Source: an uncultured Solirubrobacterales bacterium
GTDB taxonomy: Bacteria > Actinomycetota > Thermoleophilia > Solirubrobacterales > Solirubrobacteraceae
Assembly (NCBI GenBank): GCA_963704375.1
Contig: OY969898.1
Location: 2,207,053 to 2,271,052 of the forward strand
Length of the DNA: 64,000 nt
Reading direction: 5' to 3'
Shown here: in pieces, positions 1-8,622 of the stretch
Numbering within the stretch: position 1 is the stretch's first letter
Layout of the letters: every line of letters begins with the position of its first letter
The notes under the pieces: model-generated
Databases searched by the model: none
What the model was told of the DNA's origin: nothing
What the model saw: the letters and a program-made list of their open reading frames with translations, nothing else
Program-made: the position numbers and the translations under genes

Positions 1-488
1 CCTGCAGCGCGGCGGTGCCGACGCCCCCGGCCGCCCCATGCACGAGCACACGTTCGTCGGCCTGAAGACGCCCGCGGAGCTTGAGCGCGAAGTACACCGT
101 GTGGTAGTTGAGGATGACCGAAGCGCCCTGGGCGAAATCGAGTCGCTCGGGCAGCGCGAACGTGAGGTAGGCCGGCGCCACGGCCCGCTCGGCCATTCCG
201 CCCAGCACCGTAAATGCCATCACGCGATCGCCGGCCTCCAGACCGCTGTCGGCGGGGGCGTGCGCGACAGTTCCTGCGACCTCTGCACCGGGCACGAACG
301 GAAGCTCAGGTTTGAGCTGGTAGAGCCCGCGCGTCTGGAGTACGTCGGGAAACGACACCCCGGCGGCGGCCACGTTGATCAGCACGCCCTCGCCGGGGGT
401 GAGCATATGGCTGGGCTGCGGCTCGAGAGCGTCGATGACACGCACCCCGTCGGGACCCGTCAGCTCGCTGATCTGTACCGCGCGCATC
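1..488 (-). CDS. NADPH:quinone oxidoreductase / zinc-type alcohol dehydrogenase (MDR) family, N-terminal part; C-terminus lies outside the window
   Basis: Hand translation of the reverse strand from ATG (cat at 486-488): MRAVQISELTGPDGVRVIDALEPQP...GVSFPDVLQTRGLYQLKPELPFVPGAEVAGTV...VLVHGAAGGVGTAALQ. This shows the GroES-like fold and a GxGxxG Rossmann start. The frame is open to the window edge. Confidence 0.8.
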
Positions 489-498
489 GGCGCAGAGC

Positions 499-669
499 CT
501 AGCGCTGTTGCTGGCGGTTCTGCAGAGACTGCTGGTTCTGGTGGCGCTCGCCGCGAATCTGGATCGCGATGAACACGACGATCACGTTCACAACCACGCC
601 GATCCCGATGAACGTGGCGATCAGCCCTACGTCCTTGGCGGTTGCTGCATTAGCGGCGGCGAGAAGCAT
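499..669 (-). CDS. small hypothetical membrane protein (56 aa)
   Basis: Below the ORF-track size cutoff. Hand translation gives MLLAAANAATAKDVGLIATFIGIGVVVNVIVVFIAIQIRGERHQNQQSLQNRQQQR. It has one hydrophobic helix and a GGAGA about 7 nt upstream of the ATG. Confidence 0.35.
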   Translation of the reverse strand: MLLAAANAATAKDVGLIATFIGIGVVVNVIVVFIAIQIRGERHQNQQSLQNRQQQR

Positions 670-792
670 CGGTTGTCTCCGGATCGTGTCGGTTGCTCGC
701 GCGCCTCGGCGAGCCCTGCGTGGCGCAGCCTACCAGCGTCAGGGGCGTGCGTGTCGTAGCCTTTGGGAGGCCGCCACGCATCGTAAAGCCAT

Positions 793-882
793 GGAGAGGT
801 GCCAGAGCGGTTGAATGGGCGCGACTGGAAATCGCGTAACGGGGGTTGACCTCGTTCGAGGGTTCGAATCCCTCCCTCTCCG
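793..882 (+). tRNA. tRNA-Ser (anticodon GGA), class II with long variable arm
   Basis: Acceptor GGAGAGG/CCTCTCC. Anticodon arm CGCGA-CTGGAAA-TCGCG. Long variable arm. T-arm GAGGG-TTCGAAT-CCCTC. Confidence 0.9.
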
Positions 883-933
883 TTTTTTGGATGACACCGT
901 GCTGGAGTCGAAACGAGCGCAGATTCCCACCCA

Positions 934-1218
934 ATGAGCCCCGACATCTACTTCTCTCTCGTGGTTTTTGGTCTGCCGCTGGTCTTGCTGGTGGTTGCGC
1001 TGCTTGCCGGACGCTTCTATCGCGAAGGCTATGAGCGACTACTGGACTGGAAGCCGACCCGTTCGCCCGCCCGAGAGGCCGAACTGGAACTTGACGACAC
1101 CCATCAGATGCTCGACGCCCTGAATCGATACCGACGCGCACGAGGCGCACCCGCTCAGTCGCTCGAGCAGATAACAGAGCACGCTTGGGCCAGTCTCGAG
1201 CACTACGACGCAGAATAG
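934..1218 (+). CDS. hypothetical membrane protein
   Basis: 94-aa ORF with an N-terminal hydrophobic helix (IYFSLVVFGLPLVLLVVALLAG) and GC-rich third codon positions. Confidence 0.55.
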   Translation: MSPDIYFSLVVFGLPLVLLVVALLAGRFYREGYERLLDWKPTRSPAREAELELDDTHQMLDALNRYRRARGAPAQSLEQITEHAWASLEHYDAE

Positions 1219-1254
1219 TCCTGAGGCGGCCGGCCGTCTACACTAGGCGACTCT

Positions 1255-1328
<74 letters not shown>

Positions 1329-1403
1329 CTCTTCCCCGTCTCTTTGATCGTCAGTGCTGGTGCGGGTTGCAGGGTTCGCGGGCCCTCTAAAGAACCCCTG
1401 TAG

Positions 1404-1901
1404 GTGGGCAACAGCGTGGGCAACAGGGCAACAACAGGCGTGTTGCCCACGCGCACCGCCTGTCCGGGCGTCTATCGGCGGGGCTCGCGGTATGTCGCGG
1501 TGTACCGCGTCGGTGGACGTCAGCGCAAGGAGTTCGCCGCGACGTTTGCTGAGGCGCGTACGATCAAGCTCGCTCGAGACGCCGAAGCACGAGAAGCGCG
1601 GCGCGGGCCGACGCTGCACGCCTACGCGCTCGCCTGGGCTCGCAAGCATGCCGGCTGTGGGCACGATGCCGTACGCGAGCAGACACGCGTGGAATACCAG
1701 CGGCTGCTGGCGACCTACGCGTTTGGTTACTTCGCGCAGGACATCCGGCTTGGAGATCTCGACCGACGCGCATTGCAAGGCTTCATCGGCTGGCTAACGG
1801 ATCGTCCTGGGCGTACTGGACCACGGCTCTCTGATCGCTCGATCCACAACGCGCCCACTCCGCTGCGTCTGTGCCTAGGGGCGGCGGCTGCTTCTGGGTG
1901 A
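1404..1901 (+). pseudogene. tyrosine recombinase/integrase, N-terminal fragment only (catalytic domain missing)
   Basis: GVYRRGSRYVAVYRVGGRQRKEFAATFAEARTIK arm-type N-terminus, followed by a SAM-like core-binding segment (YQRLLATYAFGYFAQDIRLGDLDRRALQGFIGWL...LSDRSIHNAPTPLRLCL). The ORF stops after 165 aa with no R..HxxR..Y catalytic domain. The convergent abiEii 3' end abuts it at 1905. Confidence 0.6.
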
Positions 1902-1904
1902 CAG

Positions 1905-2730
1905 TTATGGGCGCAGCGGGCCGATCTCATTGGTTGGGGGCGCGTTACGTAGATGGCTGCCTAGCTGTTGCATTACAAGGTCGGCCGCAGTATCGGGGTC
2001 GTATGCGGCTGGAATTCCGCTCACGAGCGCGTCGAGGTCGCGACGAAACCGCGCGTCTTCGAGCTTTGCGGTCAGGTTGTCGCGTAGTTCGGGGAAGCTA
2101 AAGATCGCACCTTGCATGTAGTGGTTGCAGCCTGCGACGATTTGCTCGGGGTCTGCTTTTAGGGCGGTCAACCCAAGCCAGAGGTCGAACAGGTCGCGTC
2201 CCTTGCTTCGTTGGTAGAGAGCGCGCAGCTTGGTGGCTAGCAGCTCGCTGATCTCGTAGGTCGAGATGTTCGCCTCCGCTCCACCAAGAGGTCTCGATTG
2301 CATGGCGTACGGTCTTGCGTGGACGATAGGAGTCTGTCTCAGCGATGTTCATCTCGATCTTGATCCGAATGAGGCCGAGTCCTTCTGTTGGCTGTGCGTC
2401 GAGGTAGACGTGGACCATTTGGCCTGAGCGCTTGCGGCTTGAGAGCTTGAAGCCAAGACGCTCGGCGATCTCACCGAGGGCTTGCGTGAAGGGCTTGATG
2501 CCCGTATGAGTTGTGCGTACGTAGTCGAGGTCCTCGGAGTAGCGCAGGGGCGCAGGGAGGTGGAGCTTGTGTAGGCATGTTCCTCCACGCATCGCTAGTT
2601 CAGGACCAAGCCTCTCATCAAGGGCTATCTCAATCATGAGGCGGGAGAGAAGGAGGTCCTGCTCGATTTGGACGGTGTTCGGCCAGGGTGCCTTCGCACG
2701 CAATGCAATGAGTGCGGGGCGATCGATCAC
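1905..2730 (-). pseudogene. abiEii: AbiEii/AbiGii-family nucleotidyltransferase toxin (DUF1814-like), split by a frameshift near 2285-2340
   Basis: The N-terminal ORF (2098-2730) reads ...GGTCLHKLHLPAPLRYSEDLDYV... and then degenerates into Arg/Pro-rich text. The C-terminal ORF (1905-2303), in another frame, reads ANISTYEISELLATKLRALYQRSKGRDLFDLW. Joined, they make one family-typical protein. Confidence 0.7.
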
Positions 2731-3506
2731 AGATCCGGTTCCACGTCGCTGTTGATTTGCAGATTCCAGTTGGGTTCGATCGGGCCGTGGGCCGGGAGCG
2801 CCCGGACGAGCCGGGTCGGATAGCCGAGGTCGGGGTGTGCGACCTCGCGCAGAGGCTCTAGGTCAAAGCGCTCGCGGTATTGCTCGAGCAGCCATCCAAG
2901 GCGCCTCGCGACTGACCGTGAGCGAGTCGCTGCGAGTCGAGCTAGCTGTGGTATGTCGAGGTCGCCGATCTCAATAATGACCGTCGCAATGTTGCCCAAT
3001 CCCCCAGCGTCGTCGGGGTGGAGCACGAGGTCAACAAGAGTTGTCTCGCGAGTAGCAAGACGAATACGGCCGGTATGGACTTGGCGCTCTTCAATGTCCA
3101 TATCGCGGAGGTGATCGTTGGCATAGAAGCGCAGGCGTACTCGCTCGATATCGCGATTGGCGACTGGCCTGTCGACCATTACCTGGAAAATCTGCGGTGC
3201 CTGGTGTGCGGCGCCGTGCATCGCCGCTGCGCTGAGGAGGCTCACGTAGTAGTCGCGACCCAGCTCACGCATCATCCCGTCGATGAACAACTCGCCGGGG
3301 AGAACACCCCACGAGCGATACTCGGGCGGTACCACTACGTAGAAGCCGCGCGCCGGCGAGAACATCGCGCCGCGCCTGCGCAGTCTCTGCAAACCGGGGT
3401 AGACGTGTGCGTTTGGGATGCCGGCCAGCTGAGCCGCCTCCGCCGAGGTAACCCAATAGCGCCCATCTGCGACGAGCGCGTCGGGGAGATCGGCTAGAGA
3501 CGGCAT
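2727..3506 (-). CDS. abiEi: AbiEi-family antitoxin / transcriptional regulator (type IV TA)
   Basis: 259 aa with an N-terminal wHTH-like region (WVTSAEAAQLAGIPNAHVYPGLQRLRRRGAMFSPARGFYVV). It sits directly upstream of abiEii, and its stop overlaps the abiEii start as GTGA. Confidence 0.8.
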   Translation of the reverse strand: MPSLADLPDALVADGRYWVTSAEAAQLAGIPNAHVYPGLQRLRRRGAMFSPARGFYVVVPPEYRSWGVLPGELFIDGMMRELGRDYYVSLLSAAAMHGAAHQAPQIFQVMVDRPVANRDIERVRLRFYANDHLRDMDIEERQVHTGRIRLATRETTLVDLVLHPDDAGGLGNIATVIIEIGDLDIPQLARLAATRSRSVARRLGWLLEQYRERFDLEPLREVAHPDLGYPTRLVRALPAHGPIEPNWNLQINSDVEPDL

Positions 3507-3516
3507 ATTCTCTATT

Positions 3517-3537
3517 CTAACGCAAAGCGTTCGTTAG
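3517..3537. promoter_or_regulatory. nested inverted repeats upstream of abiEi (candidate operator)
   Basis: ctaacgc-aaa-gcgttcgttag. The pairs CTAACG/CGTTAG and AACGC/GCGTT lie 11-31 nt upstream of the abiEi start, in an AT-richer stretch. Confidence 0.35.
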
Positions 3538-3699
3538 CTCAATATACCGACAAGGCTTCCGCGTCCCCAAAGAATGCGGACGAAGCCCGCTCCTCGATCA
3601 CTCCGTCAGCACAAATTCCGACAAAATCGTGATATCCGACGTGATGTGATCCAGGGGAAGTGCCTTGTTTGCAGGCAAATCCATGTTCTGAGCTTCGCT

Positions 3700-3742
3700 C
3701 TACGGAACCGAAGGTCGGGAGTTCGAATCTCTCAGGGCGCGT
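3700..3742 (+). repeat. attR-like copy of the 43-bp tRNA-Arg 3' repeat
   Basis: Exact copy of 1286-1328. The flanks diverge immediately on both sides. Confidence 0.85.
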
Positions 3743-4119
3743 CCTGTGGTTGAGGCCCCAGGGGCGTCTTCCGTCGTCGCTGGTGTAACACCGTGCCAGG
3801 TCTCGTCTCTGGGCTCTTTGTCGGCTGCCTGCGAAATTCCGTCGCAAGCCGTGCGTAAGGTGCTCTGGCGTGTCTCAGTTCCAATCCATGAAGGCGAAGC
3901 GGCTCCTGCGCATCCTTACCTCTGATCCTCTGAACTATAGGATTACGCGCGCCAATCCGGATCGCATCGTTGCCTCCAAGCCGACAGCCGACCGACACTG
4001 ACATGGGCGTTCCCATGACAGACGTACCCTCGCACCTGGCGAGGTGCGACGCGTTCTTGTCAACCACGTAGGCCTTGCGGAAGACGATGCTCTGCGGCTA
4101 CTCTGAACGAGGAGAGATC

Positions 4120-4347
4120 ATGGACACCATCCGCATTCTGCACCACCAGGCTCCCGGCTTCGGCTGGAGCTTTGAGTCACCTGACATCCCAGGACTGACG
4201 GGGGGTAGCGAAGGGTACGACGCCGCCTACGCCGAGGAGGCCGCCCGATTTGCCCTGGCTTGCGCCGCCGAGGAGCAGGATCTTCCCGTACCGGTAGACC
4301 TCACTTTCGAGCACTACGTGCCAGCCGGCGTCGCCGTTGCCGCATAG
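4120..4347 (+). CDS. HicB-like antitoxin-fold protein with no DNA-binding domain (orphan)
   Basis: MDTIRILHHQAPGFGWSFESPDIPGLTGGSEGYDAAYAEEAARFALACAAEE... GAGGAGA lies 4 nt upstream of this ATG. The track ORF starts at 4075, but the internal ATG at 4120 has the RBS. Confidence 0.5.
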   Translation: MDTIRILHHQAPGFGWSFESPDIPGLTGGSEGYDAAYAEEAARFALACAAEEQDLPVPVDLTFEHYVPAGVAVAA

Positions 4348-4595
4348 CTTCATCCCGCCGATCGGCTTTCGGCTTCCATGTTTGGCCAATCCTGGAGGTT
4401 TCGGGCCACCCGGGCTCGCCGAGCCCTGCCCTCCGGATCGAGCAGCTCATCGACGAATTCGTCGATCGACGGGAGTTTGATCTTTGTCTCCACGGGCGCG
4501 CTTGTCACTATGCGCCAGAACGATTTGCAGGGGTTTGGCCTGGGAAGCCTCCGCACATCACTGCAAGCCTCCGGCTGATTGCGATCTCAAAGGCG

Positions 4596-5045
4596 CTATG
4601 AGTCTGATCGAGTGGCCACGAAGACAGGAATGATCCGGCTCGTCTTTATCTGGTAATCCGCATAACTGGGATAGGCCGCGACGGCGCGCTCCCACCACAA
4701 CGCTCGTTCCTCGCCCTGGACCTCACGTGCATTGAAGTCGTGCGGTTCGGCGCCATCCTGGATCATCAACTCGGTCGGGGCGGCGATCACGTTGCCGTAC
4801 CAAGCTGGGTTTGTCGGAGCGCCTCCCAGGGAAGCGACGAGCGCGTACTCGCCGTTGTACTCGACCCGCATGAGCGGAAACTTGCGGATCTTTCTGCTCT
4901 TTCGCCCTCGGGTCGTGATGATGACGACGGGAAGGCCAGTGTCCAAGAGGGTGTTGGCACGCTCACCGTTGCTCGCCTCGTACTCTTCGACTTGTTCGCG
5001 CACCCAGTCCCATGGGCTGGGCTCGTACTCACCCTGCAGTGGCAT
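4596..5045 (-). CDS. deazaflavin (F420)-dependent nitroreductase family (Ddn-like)
   Basis: VVIITTRGRKSRKIRKFPLMRVEYNGEYALVASLGGAPTNPAWYGNVIAAP...ERALWWERAVAAYPSYADYQIKTSRIIPVFV matches the family signature. Confidence 0.85.
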   Translation of the reverse strand: MPLQGEYEPSPWDWVREQVEEYEASNGERANTLLDTGLPVVIITTRGRKSRKIRKFPLMRVEYNGEYALVASLGGAPTNPAWYGNVIAAPTELMIQDGAEPHDFNAREVQGEERALWWERAVAAYPSYADYQIKTSRIIPVFVATRSDS

Positions 5046-5234
5046 TTTCCACTCCTGAGATAGTCAGTTTCGAAGGTGCTTCTGATTGTCTATACCTGAT
5101 TGGCAAAGACGCTGGTAGGCGATCGAGGCCGCCTCTCGATCGACTTATTGCGTCGGCGGCAGCCGCACAACCCCCAGTCTAGGTGATACCTGGCTTGGCA
5201 AGCGGGATAAGACCAAACCTCATCAATCTCATAA

Positions 5235-7508
5235 CTAGCTCGCGAACCCAAGCTGTTGGCGTCTCAAACCCAGCATCTTCGCTTTGGCCTCGGCTGCAAG
5301 CTGCTCTATCCAAGCTTCGGGTGAGAGATCCTCTCCGAGTACCTGGGCTTGACGCTTGACGGTCGCAAAATCCCCGGGCGCGAGGTCGTCGATGGCATTT
5401 AGCGCCTGCTCGAACTCGCCTGCGCGCTCGGGCTCTGCGTTTGGGTCGAAGCCGCTCTCCGTGCAGAACATCGACCACGCTTGCTCGTGCCGGAGGGCCT
5501 TGAACTCGAGCTTCCAGGTGAAACGGCGCATCGCCGCCGCGTCGATCGAGTCCATCAAGTTTGTGGCCGCGATGAAGATGCCCTCGAATCGCTCCATCCG
5601 CTGGAGCAGCTCGTTGACCTGTGTCACCTCCCAGTGGGCGCGCGCGAGTGTGCGATCGCGCAAAAACGAGTCCGCCTCGTCGAGAAACAGAAGGGCACCC
5701 TCGTTCTCTGCCTCGGTGAACATCTTCGATATCTGCTGCTCCGTCTCGCCGAGCCACATCGACAGAAGCTCAGAAGCCGAGCGCATGAGAATCGGAAGGT
5801 CGAGCTCGACGGCAATGTGCTCCGCGAGCTGCGTCTTGCCTGCACCGGGAATACCCCAGAAACACAGCGAGCCCCTTGGCCGCTCGCTTAGCGCCGCGAT
5901 GATCTGCTTCGGCGTGAAGCGTCCGGCGATGTTCAAGAGGTCGAGGTCGTAGCTGGTGACCGAGTCTCGTAGTCCCTCGGTGCGATCGCGTCCGAGGACC
6001 TTCTGACTGTGGGCAACCGCACGCTTGATCACGCGCTCGCGCTCCGGGTCCAGTTGCTCCCGACGCGTGGCGGGGCCATCGCCCGACCCGTCGTCTGGGA
6101 GCTCGATCAGACGGGCGAGCTCGGCCGCCCGGCGGACCTGCTGCTCGCCGAGCAAGCTGTACTTTGCGAGATCGCGCTCCAATCGCGAGGAGAGTCCGAA
6201 GTCCATAATCACCTGCGCCACGCGCGCCCGCCGCTCCGCACGTGAGCCTGGAAACGCTTCACAATGGAATAGGAACGCACCGAGGTTGCGCTCCGAGAGC
6301 TGCCTTGCGCGATCCGTGATCCAAACGCAGCGCACGTGACTCTCGGTCAAGCCCTCGTCGGAAGCGCGCTCGGGGTCATCGTCGTGAGGGAACTCCTCAT
6401 CGTCGAAGTCGAAGAGGTGAAATCCGATGTGAGGTCGGGAGGCGAGCGCCTCATGAGCGCGATCGAGGACCAACACCGCGTCGGGGTCAGATCGCTCGAC
6501 GTGGCGCTGGGCGATGTAGGTCCAGGTCGGCAGGTCTCCGGCCGCAACGTGCTTGGTGACAACCGCGTGCCCGCGGATCCCTTCGTCTTCGAGCAACCGC
6601 GCCATCATGTCCCGCTTGTCCACCGACTTAGGTCCGTAAACGAGCGCGTGCACGCCGCGATCGACTGGCAGCGGCTTGCGGAGAACGCCCAAGAGGATTC
6701 GCCTGTCGTCCTCGTGAAGGCGCCCGAGCGATCCTGTCGATGGCGACGGAGAGAGCGGCTTGACGAACCGCCCGATGAGTTCGGCATCCGCCTCGGCGCG
6801 CTCCGCCAGCGTCGCACTCAAATGGCGCGACGGACCACTCACCCGTAGCGGACGCTCCTTCACGCTCAACAGGCCGGAGCGCGCCAGCGCACCCTGCTCC
6901 GAGAGCGCCGAGACCACGTCTGAGTCCGGACCGCCGAGTGCCGCACCGAGTACCGCCTTCGTCGCACGGTCGGCGTCCATCAGCAGCTCGAACAACTGCG
7001 AGAACCCTGGCCGAGAGCGGCCTATCTGAAACGCGAGGACGTCTCGCTCCGTTGTGGTCAGATCCAGAAGGCCCGCGATGCGGCTGACGTTCTCATCCAG
7101 GGCGGTGACGAACCGCGACGCCTCCACCTCTGCCGCTCGCGCCCAGTCGCGCAGCGCATCCTGAAATGCAGTCTCATCACGCTCGATCAGTCCGAACACG
7201 CTCGTCCCGCGCAGATACAGACGAACGAAGCGTCCGCTCGTGCGCTCGCCGAACTGACGCTGTAGATCCTTCAGCGTCGGCAGCAGCTTCTCATCGGCCG
7301 CACTTACCTCACCGTCGTCGCCGGCAAACGGCTCGGGCGGCGACACGGCCGCGGCGCAGCTTGCATAGAGCAACGCAAACAGATGCGGGTCCGCGGCGAG
7401 CAGCCAGCCAAAGCCAGGGCTCTGCGCCAGGCGCAATGTCCACGCCGCCATCTGCTGCGCGCCGGGCGTTTCGAGGGGGTTGTCGGATGGGCTGTATTGG
7501 GAGTTCAT
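5235..7508 (-). CDS. two-module AAA ATPase: uncharacterised N-terminal region, degenerate AAA-like module, then a classical (CDC48/FtsH-clade) AAA module
   Basis: C-terminal module: Walker A GIPGAGKT, SMWLGETEQQISKMF, Walker B LLFLDEADSF, and NLMDSIDAAAMRRF (arginine finger region). An upstream degenerate module reads ALVYGPKSVDKRDM...AVLVLDRAHE. I place the start at MNSQ (7508). The 27 upstream track codons are AT-rich at third positions. Confidence 0.85.
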   Translation of the reverse strand: MNSQYSPSDNPLETPGAQQMAAWTLRLAQSPGFGWLLAADPHLFALLYASCAAAVSPPEPFAGDDGEVSAADEKLLPTLKDLQRQFGERTSGRFVRLYLRGTSVFGLIERDETAFQDALRDWARAAEVEASRFVTALDENVSRIAGLLDLTTTERDVLAFQIGRSRPGFSQLFELLMDADRATKAVLGAALGGPDSDVVSALSEQGALARSGLLSVKERPLRVSGPSRHLSATLAERAEADAELIGRFVKPLSPSPSTGSLGRLHEDDRRILLGVLRKPLPVDRGVHALVYGPKSVDKRDMMARLLEDEGIRGHAVVTKHVAAGDLPTWTYIAQRHVERSDPDAVLVLDRAHEALASRPHIGFHLFDFDDEEFPHDDDPERASDEGLTESHVRCVWITDRARQLSERNLGAFLFHCEAFPGSRAERRARVAQVIMDFGLSSRLERDLAKYSLLGEQQVRRAAELARLIELPDDGSGDGPATRREQLDPERERVIKRAVAHSQKVLGRDRTEGLRDSVTSYDLDLLNIAGRFTPKQIIAALSERPRGSLCFWGIPGAGKTQLAEHIAVELDLPILMRSASELLSMWLGETEQQISKMFTEAENEGALLFLDEADSFLRDRTLARAHWEVTQVNELLQRMERFEGIFIAATNLMDSIDAAAMRRFTWKLEFKALRHEQAWSMFCTESGFDPNAEPERAGEFEQALNAIDDLAPGDFATVKRQAQVLGEDLSPEAWIEQLAAEAKAKMLGLRRQQLGFAS

Positions 7509-7643
7509 ACTCGCGTACGGCGCACAAACAGAAAGACGACTATAAGTATCGCATACAATTGTCATAGATGCACGTTGCGTGTGCGGCACTGTGTCGGCGG
7601 CGTGCGAGGTTAGGCTGGATGGCGCCTACGATCCTGGTGTGCT

Positions 7644-7937
7644 GTGTCAGCGTTCTGGTCGGTTCTACCGGTACGTCTGCGGCAAACGGGATCATCTGCG
7701 CCGGTGGAAGCGAAGTCTCCAGAGCACATCGCACTAGGCCGGGCGATCCACGAACTACGCCTGGACGCCAGTGTCTCTCAGGACGAGTTGGCACGGAGGG
7801 CCGGCATGCATCGCACCTACATCGGCGGTATCGAGCGTGGCGAGCGCAATGTCAGCTTTGCCAACCTGCTGAAGATCACCGATGCGCTTAGTGAGCGTCC
7901 GTCTAGGCTGCTCTCGCGTTACGAACGCCTGCTTTAA
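7644..7937 (+). CDS. XRE-family helix-turn-helix transcriptional regulator
   Basis: LGRAIHELRLDASVSQDELARRAGMHRTYIGGIERGERNVSFANLLKITDAL is a canonical Cro/C1 HTH. It is divergent from the AAA gene. The true start may be the GTG at 7704. Confidence 0.8.
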   Translation: MSAFWSVLPVRLRQTGSSAPVEAKSPEHIALGRAIHELRLDASVSQDELARRAGMHRTYIGGIERGERNVSFANLLKITDALSERPSRLLSRYERLL

Positions 7938-7956
7938 GCGTTAACGCTCAAATCCA

Positions 7957-8003
7957 GTAGACACCTGACCTCCGAGCACTACGTGCCAGCCGACGTCGCA
8001 TAG
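7957..8003 (+). pseudogene. remnant of the 3' end of a paralog of the 4120-4347 gene
   Basis: gagcactacgtgccagccgacgtcgc (7974-7999) matches 4309-4334 at 25/26 nt. It translates ...HLTSEHYVPADVA*, against ...DLTFEHYVPAGVAVAA* in the intact gene. Confidence 0.5.
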
Positions 8004-8071
8004 GTGCGGCTGGTCGACCGACGGTATCTCATAAGGCACGTCGAAAAGCACGCGCAACCGACGCCTTCCGC

Positions 8072-8590
8072 TCAGCCCGACGACGTCACCCCGACCCGCT
8101 GGACGAGATTCGTCAAGAGCGGCACCGCCCCGCGCCGTTCGTAGAGACGCATGGCATCGGTGTTCGTCGTAATGACGTCGATCTTCATGTCCTCGATCCG
8201 AAGCTCCCGTAGCCTCGCTTCCACGGCGTCCAGCAGCGCGGAGCCGATTCCCCTCCCGCGGGCCTCCGGTAGCACGGCGAGGATCGAAAGTTCGGCCAGG
8301 GGATCGGATGCGCTCCACGACACCGCGAAACGCGCACCGGGGCGGACGCGCACGTACGCGTAGCCGAGATAGCGCTCGCCATCCTGTACCGCCAGGACAA
8401 ACGAATCGGGCTCAGACGCCAGCCATTCGGCCCTTAGCCGCCGGTGCTCCTCCCAAGCCTGCTCGTACGGACACCTGCGGTCGTGTAGGTGCGGCGTCAA
8501 TGCCATGTGATGTTCGTACAACGCGCGCCACAACGACTCAAGCTCGTCCAAGCGATCCAGGGGTACCGATACGACTGTCACGTCAGTCAT
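8072..8590 (-). CDS. GNAT-family N-acetyltransferase
   Basis: AELSILAVLPEARGRGIGSALLDAVEARLRELRIEDMKIDVITTNTDAMRLYERRG is the acetyl-CoA binding motif A (R/Q-x-x-G-x-G/A). Confidence 0.85.
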   Translation of the reverse strand: MTDVTVVSVPLDRLDELESLWRALYEHHMALTPHLHDRRCPYEQAWEEHRRLRAEWLASEPDSFVLAVQDGERYLGYAYVRVRPGARFAVSWSASDPLAELSILAVLPEARGRGIGSALLDAVEARLRELRIEDMKIDVITTNTDAMRLYERRGAVPLLTNLVQRVGVTSSG

Positions 8591-8622
8591 GCCCGAACCC
8601 TCTCACAAAGCCGCAAGCTAGA

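Larger units (their letters stand above)
1329..3742. mobile_element. decayed integrative genomic island inserted in tRNA-Arg(ACG)
   Basis: Bounded by a perfect 43-bp direct repeat of the tRNA 3' end. The tRNA-proximal gene is a tyrosine-integrase N-terminal fragment. The cargo is an AbiE pair. Confidence 0.65.

Noticed and set aside
3539-4067. Two minus-strand ORFs (102 and 111 aa) in the spacer after the island.
   Set aside because: They run through the attR tRNA fragment. They have no RBS or domain and have poor codon bias. They are more likely non-coding island-junction DNA.
4350-4556. 68-aa minus-strand ORF (…LPSIDEFVDELLDPEGRARRARVARNL…) downstream of the HicB-like gene.
   Set aside because: GC3 is fairly high and the DPE..RA segment resembles the N-termini of some antitoxins. 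But it is short, overlaps two plus-strand ORFs and has no clear start context. It is not reported as a feature and would be worth an HMM check.
7555-7562. ACAATTGT palindrome between the AAA ATPase and XRE genes, considered as an XRE operator.
   Set aside because: Only 8 bp, which is expected by chance in an AT-richer spacer. It is mentioned in the AAA finding but not called as a feature.
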